This document shows, piece by piece, positions 18,334 through 25,617 of a DNA stretch of 26,235 nucleotides. Each line of letters starts with the position of its first letter. Position 1 is the first letter of the stretch. The position numbers and the translations under genes are program-made. The notes beneath the pieces are model-generated. The model was given only the letters and a program-made list of their open reading frames with translations. It was not told the origin of the DNA and did not search any database. Source of the stretch: a virus (Duplodnaviria; Caudoviricetes). Where the stretch lies: IMG/VR virus record IMGVR_UViG_3300030492_000018, positions 1 to 26,235 of that record. The stretch is one strand, 5' to 3'.

Positions 18334-18342
18334 ATTGTATCA
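18334..18342 (-). promoter_or_regulatory. extended -10 TGATACAAT, leaderless
   Basis: 6 nt before ATG 18327, right after the lysis terminator. Confidence 0.7.
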
Positions 18343-18350
18343 TGGTGCAC

Positions 18351-18378
18351 AAAAGGGGACGGCATTGCTGCCGCCCCC
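18351..18378 (-). terminator. intrinsic terminator after holin
   Basis: GGGGCGGCA-GCAA-TGCCGTCCCC-TTTT; GNRA loop. Confidence 0.85.
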
Positions 18379-18390
18379 AATTGCATTAGA

Positions 18391-18723
18391 TTATTCGGTT
18401 CCTGCTACAACTTCTGGTGCTGGCTCATCGACAAGTACGTCGTCTGAGACATAAGCAACTTCGGCTGCTGGTGGGCTTACCTTTGCTGCTACGTCATAGA
18501 TACCAGAAGCAGAAAGACCAAGGATTGCTCCACCCATTACTGCGAGGTACATTCCGGGGCTAGTCTGTTGTGCTGCTGTGAACAGATAGTCGGTGAGACT
18601 AAATGCGATACCTAGAACAAGTGCAACGAGGGCTGAGAACTTGCCTGCAAGTCCTAGGCTCTTTGCCAAGTTTACTAGTGCCAAGATAGCGGGTACCGAG
18701 GCGAGGGTTACTACTACGTCCAT
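18391..18723 (-). CDS. holin
   Basis: 110 aa with 2-3 hydrophobic segments and GLSASGIYD motif; directly follows the endolysin; SD AGGAG. Confidence 0.85.
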   Translation of the reverse strand: MDVVVTLASVPAILALVNLAKSLGLAGKFSALVALVLGIAFSLTDYLFTAAQQTSPGMYLAVMGGAILGLSASGIYDVAAKVSPPAAEVAYVSDDVLVDEPAPEVVAGTE

Positions 18724-18734
18724 TATTTCTCCTA

Positions 18735-20369
18735 TTAACTAATCGTCATCACTACAATGACTGGCTTGTGATCAGAACCTGTTCCGCTGACCACATCGTA
18801 TGAATCTACGACAACACTCTTTGGGTTCTTTGTGTCAACATGAACCCTGTCTGGGAATGCTGTCTTTCCGTATGTTGGTGTGTTCCTTGTCTTGGAAGTC
18901 TTCGCTACTATTCTAGCATTGTTCCATTCTGGGAACCATGAGTCGGAGTTTGCTCCGTCACCACCCATGAATCTAACGTTGCCCATCTTACGTGCCGCTG
19001 CCATCACCTGTAGAATTGCCTTCTTCTGGGAAGTCTGAGAAGAAACACTGTCTGGCTGTACGTGGTATGCGGCTACCGTGATCTTTACCTTGGTTGCCTT
19101 GATTGTGAACCAAGCAATAACTGCTCCGTGGTAAGTTCCCCAAGTTGGGCACTTTACGTCTGCAATTGGGCAGTGGTCCAAAACCGTAGAATCCCAAAGG
19201 ATTGCCGTTGCCCTATTTGTAAAGACAAGCCACCTTGATGTTCCACCGGGTAGCGCTGCGCGAATCCTGTCGCGTGCTTCTGCTGGTGCCTCATTCAATG
19301 TAACTACGTGAGGGTTACCAGCTTTGATAGAAGCAACGATAGCCTTAAGCCTTCCGCTGAACTTCCTACCAAACCTTTCATCCTCAATATTGAACTGCAT
19401 GAATCGAACACCAGACTTAACTGTAACTGGTGGAACAACTACTGGTGGTGGTGTAACTACGGGTGGAGGAGTGACGACTACAGCGGTTAGCTTTTCTACC
19501 GTGCTTGCTCCAACAATTCCATCAACCGTGAGACCATTCTTGGATTGGAAATCCTTGACTGCTGCATCCACGGCTGGGCCAAATGATCCATCGTTCACTA
19601 GCTTATAACCCTTCTTGATTAGAACGGCAATTAGCTCAGTCACGTCTGGACCACTATCAATTCCATTCTTGGATAGCACACGAGAACCCAACGTAATGAC
19701 TACCGGTGGAACTACGACAGGTGGAGGAGTCACAACGACTGGACCGTTTGGTCCGTATGGTTTTGCAATGAATTCCTTGACCAATGTGCGAAGCTTACCC
19801 GCGTTGATTGCGGGATCGCCGGGCTTGCGCTTGGTTAGTTCCTTGTGAGTTGTAACCCTTGGGGAAGCTTCCTTCCAACCATTGACAACATGGAATGCTG
19901 CGCATGTTGCAACAACTGCTCCGAGCATCCATGCGTCCCATTCGTTTCCTCCACCACCATCTACCTCAATACCGAATGTTGGACGGTTTGCAGAGAATGT
20001 TCCATCTGCTCCCGGCCTTAGTTCACTAGTTAGTGGTGCCTTACCTGCAACTGTTGTGTCAAAGGTTGGCTTGTAGACATTTCCTGCGTGACTTGCTCCA
20101 CCGGCTGCGAGGAACTTGATCTTGTGGTCACGAGTAATGTGAGCGTTGCAAAGAATTACAAGGCTTGCCCTGTCCCTTGGGTTGAGCATGTAACTTGTTG
20201 CCGTTGCATTGCTGCCTGTGTGGTGAACAGTTACACCCTCCCAAAGTAGGGGAGCTTGATGATTCTGGCGTGTTTCGTATCCCGCGATTAAGTCAGAGGG
20301 CCATCCCCAAGCACTAAGCTGGGCCTTGACCTTCTTGATTGTTGCGGCATTCGTCTGAATGGCTGTCAT
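18735..20369 (-). CDS. endolysin: Amidase_2 + peptidoglycan-binding domain + C-terminal EEP (exo/endo/phosphatase) domain
   Basis: VTVHHTG, SHAG, GIEVD, HKE..RKPGDP (amidase); DGSFGPAVDAAVKDFQSKNGLTVDGIVG (PG_binding_1); FNI, TLNE, AYH, GGD, PDR, SDHKPV (EEP); VVVTPPP linkers. Confidence 0.88.
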   Translation of the reverse strand: MTAIQTNAATIKKVKAQLSAWGWPSDLIAGYETRQNHQAPLLWEGVTVHHTGSNATATSYMLNPRDRASLVILCNAHITRDHKIKFLAAGGASHAGNVYKPTFDTTVAGKAPLTSELRPGADGTFSANRPTFGIEVDGGGGNEWDAWMLGAVVATCAAFHVVNGWKEASPRVTTHKELTKRKPGDPAINAGKLRTLVKEFIAKPYGPNGPVVVTPPPVVVPPVVITLGSRVLSKNGIDSGPDVTELIAVLIKKGYKLVNDGSFGPAVDAAVKDFQSKNGLTVDGIVGASTVEKLTAVVVTPPPVVTPPPVVVPPVTVKSGVRFMQFNIEDERFGRKFSGRLKAIVASIKAGNPHVVTLNEAPAEARDRIRAALPGGTSRWLVFTNRATAILWDSTVLDHCPIADVKCPTWGTYHGAVIAWFTIKATKVKITVAAYHVQPDSVSSQTSQKKAILQVMAAARKMGNVRFMGGDGANSDSWFPEWNNARIVAKTSKTRNTPTYGKTAFPDRVHVDTKNPKSVVVDSYDVVSGTGSDHKPVIVVMTIS

Positions 20370-20391
20370 ATAGTTCCTTCCATATACAAAC

Positions 20392-20400
20392 AGTATAGCA
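20392..20400 (-). promoter_or_regulatory. extended -10 TGCTATACT for lysis cassette
   Basis: Upstream of SD GGAAGGA and ATG 20369. Confidence 0.6.
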
Positions 20401-20405
20401 GCGGA

Positions 20406-22616
20406 TTATCTCCATCTTCCCATGGCTGCAAAGTACATTGTTGTTGATCCTGCCGATGAACGATAGTGCTCGATGATGACGCTGGTAAGCGCATCACTTG
20501 AGTGTGAAGACGACAGTGATTCTGGTGCTGTCGTTCCGTGGTTAGTGATAATCTGGGGAAGCTGACCAACAAATGCTACTGGGTATGTCCACGTATATGA
20601 CTGGTCGCCCGTTGGGAACACGTACATACCCCTACAAATCAACTGACCATTTGCATACTTCTCATAGTAGTTGTTTCCTGCGATAGTTCCAGAAATAACG
20701 TCACTACCCGTATGCAGGATTGTATACCAAGAGTTCCATGTACTGTCAATACCCTTACGAATATTCAGTTGTGGAATACCTCCACCATTAGTTGCCGTGC
20801 TACCAAATGCAAGCTGGTATGAAGCATCTCCGGTAGAGACAGTTGTTCCATCCCAGACACCGTATGTCATCAAGCCAGCATATGTTCCTCCGGTACCCGC
20901 TGATGATGAACTTACAAAATCAAACCTGACACCCTTGGGTGTTGTCGTTGGTAGCTTTGTTGCAGCGTTACGATCACCATCAGAGCTTTCAACACGAATG
21001 ATTCCGGTTGGTGTACCCGTGAATGCTGGGGAAGCTAGGTTGGCCTTGAGGTTCAAGGCATTTTGTTGTGACGTAGATACGGGCTTATTAGCATCTGACG
21101 TATTATCTACGTTTCCCAATCCAACCATGGTCTTGTCAATTCCACCAACGGTACCCGTAAAAGTTGGTGACGCAGTGTTAGCCTTAAGATTTAATGCATT
21201 AGTTGCGGCTGTGGATAGTGGCTTCAAGAGGTCTGTTGTATTGTCAACGTTAGAAAGACCAACCTCCGACTTATCTATACCGGTAACAGCACCAGTAAAG
21301 TTGGCTGCGGCTGCTGTGATGGTTCCTGTAAATGTTGGACTTGCCTTATCTGCCTTGAGACCAATAGCCGTAGCTTGGGCGGTAGAAACAGGCTTATTTA
21401 CGTCGGACGTATTGTCAACAGCGGATAGTCCTACCATTGTCTTGTCAATACCACCCACTGTACCTGTGAATGTTGGACTTGCTAGATTGGCCTTAAGGTT
21501 CAGTGCTGTTTGTGTGGCAGTTGATACTGGCTTCAACAGGTCTGTTGTATTATCGACATTTCCAAGTCCAACGTCACCCTTTGCAAGAGCTACGTTGTTG
21601 ATCTTGTATTGGTTACCGGCTGTCAAGTTAAGGCTGTTATATAGTGTATTTGCCTTGTACTTATCAAGGATGGGCATGTCGTTGCCCGACATTGGCCTGT
21701 CAAGCTGCCACTCAAACTGGGTAAGCGAAGTTGGGTTACCTGCTGCTGGGGAAACAATGGTTACCTCAATATCAGATAGCTGATAGAAGTCATTTCGTGA
21801 CCTACTTACCCATGACGATGCACCGTTTGAAATTGTATCGGTAGTAAGTGCTTTCCAGCCAACAGTCTGTGGGACATAGTTGCAATAGACGCGCATTGAT
21901 ACGGATTGTGGGATTCCTGTGTAATAGAAAGAGTTGTAGAAGTATCCATATGGATATCCGTAGAAGTACGAAGGGTTGTTGATGTTGAACTTGAGGTATT
22001 GCCCCAGAGGAATAACTATCTGGGATTCGTAGTCACCATCGAAAGCATTTTGGAGTGCACCAGTCTTATTTGTCACAAGGGAGTCGTCTGCGGAGCTATA
22101 GAATCCTCCGGTTACCGTCCATCTGTCCTGTGCCCTGAATGCAGCATTGTTGATGTTGTTGATGTAGAGCTTCTTACCACCGAACGGGTTGGTATTTTGT
22201 AGAACATCTCCGTACTTGATCTTGAGGTCAAGGGCTGTCTGCTGTGCTGTAGATACAGGCTTATTAAGATCAGTAGTGTTATCGACGTTCGCAAGACCCA
22301 CCATTGACTTCGTGATACCGCCCACGGTTCCCGTGAAGGTAGGTGAAGCTATAGGTGCCTTAAGAGCTACCGCTGAGTTGATCGCTGCCAAGTCCGTAGA
22401 CAGGTTGGCAACCCCAGTCTGAGGAAGCTTGAGGTTCGACCATGCCGATCCTGTGTTATACTGCGGGTAGCTCGTTACTGAGTCGATGAAGAGGTCACCC
22501 TGCTTCGCTCCTGTTGGAGCAGAAGGTTGAACGAACACTACAGCGTTGGAGTCCCAAGGTGAGTCAACAGGCTCTGTGACCCAGTTGGTACCATCCCAGT
22601 AACTAGCGTTTCCCAC
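20406..22616 (-). CDS. tail fibre protein with five ~46-aa VGLxNVDNTxD repeats and gp53-like C-terminal domain
   Basis: 736 aa; repeats KxxVGLGNVDNTxDxxKPVSTAxxxALNLKAxxASPTFTGT; C-terminal YEKYANGQLICRG..TWTYPVAF..AMGRW; GTG start after SD GAAGGAG. Confidence 0.85.
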   Translation of the reverse strand: MGNASYWDGTNWVTEPVDSPWDSNAVVFVQPSAPTGAKQGDLFIDSVTSYPQYNTGSAWSNLKLPQTGVANLSTDLAAINSAVALKAPIASPTFTGTVGGITKSMVGLANVDNTTDLNKPVSTAQQTALDLKIKYGDVLQNTNPFGGKKLYINNINNAAFRAQDRWTVTGGFYSSADDSLVTNKTGALQNAFDGDYESQIVIPLGQYLKFNINNPSYFYGYPYGYFYNSFYYTGIPQSVSMRVYCNYVPQTVGWKALTTDTISNGASSWVSRSRNDFYQLSDIEVTIVSPAAGNPTSLTQFEWQLDRPMSGNDMPILDKYKANTLYNSLNLTAGNQYKINNVALAKGDVGLGNVDNTTDLLKPVSTATQTALNLKANLASPTFTGTVGGIDKTMVGLSAVDNTSDVNKPVSTAQATAIGLKADKASPTFTGTITAAAANFTGAVTGIDKSEVGLSNVDNTTDLLKPLSTAATNALNLKANTASPTFTGTVGGIDKTMVGLGNVDNTSDANKPVSTSQQNALNLKANLASPAFTGTPTGIIRVESSDGDRNAATKLPTTTPKGVRFDFVSSSSAGTGGTYAGLMTYGVWDGTTVSTGDASYQLAFGSTATNGGGIPQLNIRKGIDSTWNSWYTILHTGSDVISGTIAGNNYYEKYANGQLICRGMYVFPTGDQSYTWTYPVAFVGQLPQIITNHGTTAPESLSSSHSSDALTSVIIEHYRSSAGSTTMYFAAMGRWR
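21001..21582 (-). repeat. four tandem ~138-bp coding repeats (fifth copy at ~22220-22365)
   Basis: Visible in the translation; the DNA copies are diverged at synonymous sites. Confidence 0.85.
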
Positions 22617-22808
22617 TTAGACTCCTTCGGGAAGCTTGGCTTGGGTAGGCTCAGGCTCTGGTGTTGACACAGCCTCACGCTTCTGGTACGATAGCTTCGT
22701 TAGCTGATGAGCAACTTGTTCACTCAGTAGTTCCTCTTCCTTCTGGAAGAGTCGAGTCTTCAAAACATCGATGATGATTTGGGCGCGTTCTAGTTCAGTT
22801 ATTTCCAT
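22617..22808 (-). CDS. small coiled-coil hypothetical protein
   Basis: 63 aa, leaderless start, abuts the fibre gene. Confidence 0.7.
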   Translation of the reverse strand: MEITELERAQIIIDVLKTRLFQKEEELLSEQVAHQLTKLSYQKREAVSTPEPEPTQAKLPEGV

Positions 22809-22814
22809 GGTTTG

Positions 22815-22823
22815 ATTATACCA
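22815..22823 (-). promoter_or_regulatory. extended -10 TGGTATAAT, leaderless; head of the leftward block
   Basis: 6 nt before ATG 22808. Confidence 0.75.
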
Positions 22824-22881
22824 TCTAGCTGTGGGGGAGTAAGAGGGGGGAACATCATAAATAACAAAGAAAAGACAAACA

Positions 22882-23313
22882 ATGAAAACCTGTAAGAAGG
22901 ATGGTTGTAAAGAGAAGCACTATGGCAGAGGCTTCTGCCGAAGCCATTACAACATCTTTTGGAAAGAGAACAACTTCCGTAAGTTGACAACAGAGGAGTT
23001 GAAGACTAAGATAGAAGAGAACGTGGTAGTCGTTGGTGAGTGCTGGGAGTGGAAGCTCTCAAGACACGACAAGGGCTACGGAATCATCTGTGTGAACTCC
23101 AACGGTAGCTGTAAAAGAGTCCACCGGGTATCATACGAATCATATATTGGGCCAATCCCTAAAGGAATGATGGTTTGTCATACATGTGACAACCCACCCT
23201 GCTGCAATCCTGCTCACCTTTGGCTAGGAACTAACCAAGACAATGTATCAGATATGATCAGCAAAGGCAGAAAGACTACAGAACAAAGAGAGAAGATACA
23301 TGACAGACATTAG
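22882..23313 (+). CDS. HNH homing endonuclease (HNH_3 type) with N-terminal Cys/His finger
   Basis: CKKDGC..HYGRGFCRSHY; CWEW, GYG, VHRVSY..GPIP.GMMVCHTCDNPPCCNPAHLWLGT..DNV.DM..KGR. Confidence 0.92.
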   Translation: MKTCKKDGCKEKHYGRGFCRSHYNIFWKENNFRKLTTEELKTKIEENVVVVGECWEWKLSRHDKGYGIICVNSNGSCKRVHRVSYESYIGPIPKGMMVCHTCDNPPCCNPAHLWLGTNQDNVSDMISKGRKTTEQREKIHDRH

Positions 23314-24001
23314 GTTCGTTAACGTTCTAGACAAGGGTTATGTAAGGCTTGTAGATCACATGGGTAGTGATCTTACAGTTGCTAACACAGCCAGAGTAAG
23401 CTTCGACAAGGAAAAGCTTGTCTTTGAAGATACAGATAAGAAACTCGTAACATTCTTGGTGAAGAACAAGCATGACTCGTGCCTGAGGCACAATGTCATG
23501 ACCTTTGAAATCTATGCTCCTCTCATGGTAGCTAGACAATGGTGGAAGCATACCGTCGCATCTACCCATCTGGATGATCAAGAAGGATGGAATGAGTCTT
23601 CTCGTAGATACCTTACTGAGAATGAAATGTTCTATGTACCTGATCACTTCTTGGCTGCCCCCGAAAACAAGAAGCAAGGTGCAGGAGACGCGGTAGACGA
23701 CGATACCAATGCAATCTATCGTCAGCGTCTTATCAAGGCTCAGGAGAAAGCTGTCATGGACTATGAAGAAGCCATGGAAGCTGGTATTGCTCCCGAGCAG
23801 GCTCGTCTCTTCCTTCCTGCTTATGGACTATACGTTCGTTGGCGCTGGACCGCAAGCCTCAATGCACTGATGAATTTCTTTAGCCTAAGGCTTGATGGAC
23901 ACGCTCAGTCTGAAATCAGGGCATACGCAAATAGCATGAAGCCAATGGTGCAACAGCACTTCCCAATCACCTACGATGCATGGATGGAGTACCGCCTGTG
24001 A
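23300..24001 (+). CDS. thyX: flavin-dependent thymidylate synthase
   Basis: VLDKGYVRLVDHMGSDLTVANTARVSF, APLMVARQW, WNESSRRY, GIAPEQARLFLP, LRLDGHAQSEIRAYA. Confidence 0.95.
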   Translation: MTDIRFVNVLDKGYVRLVDHMGSDLTVANTARVSFDKEKLVFEDTDKKLVTFLVKNKHDSCLRHNVMTFEIYAPLMVARQWWKHTVASTHLDDQEGWNESSRRYLTENEMFYVPDHFLAAPENKKQGAGDAVDDDTNAIYRQRLIKAQEKAVMDYEEAMEAGIAPEQARLFLPAYGLYVRWRWTASLNALMNFFSLRLDGHAQSEIRAYANSMKPMVQQHFPITYDAWMEYRL

Positions 24002-24189
24002 CCGGTCTCAGCGAACTACTGTTGACAAATGTTGGCAGTCGTGTTAGACTTACCAACGACAAGACAGATGAATGCTTCTATGGCACCCTCGCACTGGACC
24101 CAATGCATGTTGGCAAGCTAGTGCTTCTGGATGAAGATGACGGAGCGACCATTCCACTATTCCATGACGACGAAATCGAGCTAACATGA
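23998..24189 (+). CDS. small beta-barrel hypothetical protein (Sm/Lsm-like?)
   Basis: Start reassigned to GTG 23998 (GTGA overlap, SD GGAG); 63 aa. Confidence 0.7.
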   Translation: MTGLSELLLTNVGSRVRLTNDKTDECFYGTLALDPMHVGKLVLLDEDDGATIPLFHDDEIELT

Positions 24190-24404
24190 TCGTATTCCAC
24201 CCAGACGCACTAGATGACACCGTAATCGGCTGTCCAATCATCGTATTTACCGATGAATTTCAGGAAATCGATGCTGTTCTCTTCAAGGGAACGCTCACGC
24301 ATGACGGTCCTACCGAGTGCCTAAAGAATGGGTACTTCTTCGTACTACAGGATGGTAGGGCAATGTGCTTCTATGATTCTGACCGCGTATATATTGACGC
24401 ATAA
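24186..24404 (+). CDS. small hypothetical protein, possible paralogue of the upstream ORF
   Basis: 72 aa, ATGA overlap; shares F.GTL..D and DG......D motifs. Confidence 0.7.
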   Translation: MIVFHPDALDDTVIGCPIIVFTDEFQEIDAVLFKGTLTHDGPTECLKNGYFFVLQDGRAMCFYDSDRVYIDA

Positions 24405-24559
24405 TGACTCTAGGAACGTCCAAGTGTGGACCCTGCTATACCCATCAACACGATAGGTGCATTCCACTCTTGGACTCCCAGAAAAACTGGGACTGTGCAT
24501 GTGCCAGATTCAACCATGGGAAGCGCAAGACTGCAATTCCCAAAACCAAGAGGAAATGA
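24404..24559 (+). CDS. 51-aa Cys/His-rich putative zinc-binding protein
   Basis: Not in the ORF track: MTLGTSKCGPCYTHQHDRCIPLLDSQKNWDCACARFNHGKRKTAIPKTKRK; TAATG and ATGA overlaps at its two ends. Confidence 0.75.
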   Translation: MTLGTSKCGPCYTHQHDRCIPLLDSQKNWDCACARFNHGKRKTAIPKTKRK

Positions 24560-24930
24560 TGAAGAAGTTTGTTGTAGCACTAATCGCTGGCCTATTGCTA
24601 GTCGGCTGCACTCCAACGCAATCCGCGCCGGTAGCCAATCCTACCGTAACTATAACAGCTATGCCTATGGATGATGACTCTAGGTTTGATCAAGCATTTG
24701 TAGGCCAGTATGAAGTCAAGATTGGTGGTACTCCGTCTGTTGCCCAAGTACAGTCTGCTAGAGAAGTTGGTAGGCAGACCTGTGCAGCTTTGAAGTCTGG
24801 TGTGTCTGCTGACCAAGTTGCCATGATCATCCTCAAGAACACAACTACCGAAAGCCGACCGGTAGTCATCATTGCAGTTGGGGTAGGCGTAGGAATCTAC
24901 TGTCCAGAATTCATTTCCAGCTTCAAGTGA
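24556..24930 (+). CDS. lipoprotein, DUF732-like
   Basis: MMKKFVVALIAGLLLVG|C lipobox; GRQTCAALKSG...YCPE pattern; start reassigned to 24556 or 24559. Confidence 0.8.
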   Translation: MMKKFVVALIAGLLLVGCTPTQSAPVANPTVTITAMPMDDDSRFDQAFVGQYEVKIGGTPSVAQVQSAREVGRQTCAALKSGVSADQVAMIILKNTTTESRPVVIIAVGVGVGIYCPEFISSFK

Positions 24931-24936
24931 TAGAAT
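24928..24936 (+). promoter_or_regulatory. extended -10 TGATAGAAT, leaderless (TGA is the lipoprotein stop codon)
   Basis: 6 nt before ATG 24943. Confidence 0.65.
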
Positions 24937-24942
24937 GAATGC

Positions 24943-25302
24943 ATGACTGAAAACCCCGAAACCATGATCGTCTTGGACGAGGCCGGTACAAGTTGGTACC
25001 GTGATGACCAAACCAAGCAGGTAGTATATAGAGATGGATCAACCCGTCCCTATACCAACGATGAAGTTACAGCTATGAACCAACGACTTGTTGAACAAGC
25101 TGCCCGTAATGCTGCTGAGAGTTCTAGGGCCAAGGTAAAGACAGCACTGGCAGGACTTGGAACAAATATCGCTGCATTGCAAGCGCTTATCGATACCCCC
25201 GATGCAAGCATCAATGCTGCGCCTGCGGCTAGCATCAAAGCATTGGCTGGTGCCATTCAAAAGAACTTGTCGCTCATCAAGGATGTTGTCACCGCTGAAT
25301 AG
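24943..25302 (+). CDS. hypothetical protein
   Basis: 119 aa; short beta N-terminus, TRPYTNDE motif, Ala-rich helical C-terminus. Confidence 0.75.
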   Translation: MTENPETMIVLDEAGTSWYRDDQTKQVVYRDGSTRPYTNDEVTAMNQRLVEQAARNAAESSRAKVKTALAGLGTNIAALQALIDTPDASINAAPAASIKALAGAIQKNLSLIKDVVTAE

Positions 25303-25321
25303 CTTGTTGGCGTTGCTGCCC

Positions 25322-25356
25322 GAATTGTAGCGCTACGCGCTCGTTGCGTTCAATTC
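25322..25356 (+). terminator. imperfect hairpin ending the rightward operon
   Basis: GAATTG.AGCGC.ACG-CGCT-CGT.GCGTT.CAATTC followed by ATATTT. Confidence 0.45.
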
Positions 25357-25617
25357 ATATTTGACAAAAATGGAATATCGCTATTAGAAGTACGGTACGC
25401 TTTTCTGTAACTCCAATGCAAAGCATATAGTACGTCTCCACTGTGCATATGCCATGGCAACAGCTACCTTAAAACATTGGGTACGTGTGTCTAGAAAAGC
25501 ACAAAGGTTTAGTGACTAGTGCGATTGGGATTAGTGCATTGTATAGTATGTTAGTACATGTATACATATATCATTCATGTATCGCTGTAGAAACATCATG
25601 TACGTGCCCTCCAAAAA

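Noticed and set aside
20406-20700. Possible DGR variable region at the fibre tip
   Set aside because: No adenine-mismatched template repeat or reverse transcriptase seen in the window.
20671-21783. 370-aa antisense ORF on the + strand
   Set aside because: Mirror frame of the repetitive Thr/Ala/Asn-rich fibre gene; no SD or promoter; explained by codon usage.
487-22422. Numerous other + strand ORFs of 60-160 aa opposite structural genes
   Set aside because: Shadow ORFs of well-supported minus-strand genes; no motifs or start signals.
24426-24674. Track ORF 24426..24674 and the N-terminal extension of 24457..24930
   Set aside because: Better explained by the coupled 24404..24559 ORF and a lipoprotein start at 24556/24559.
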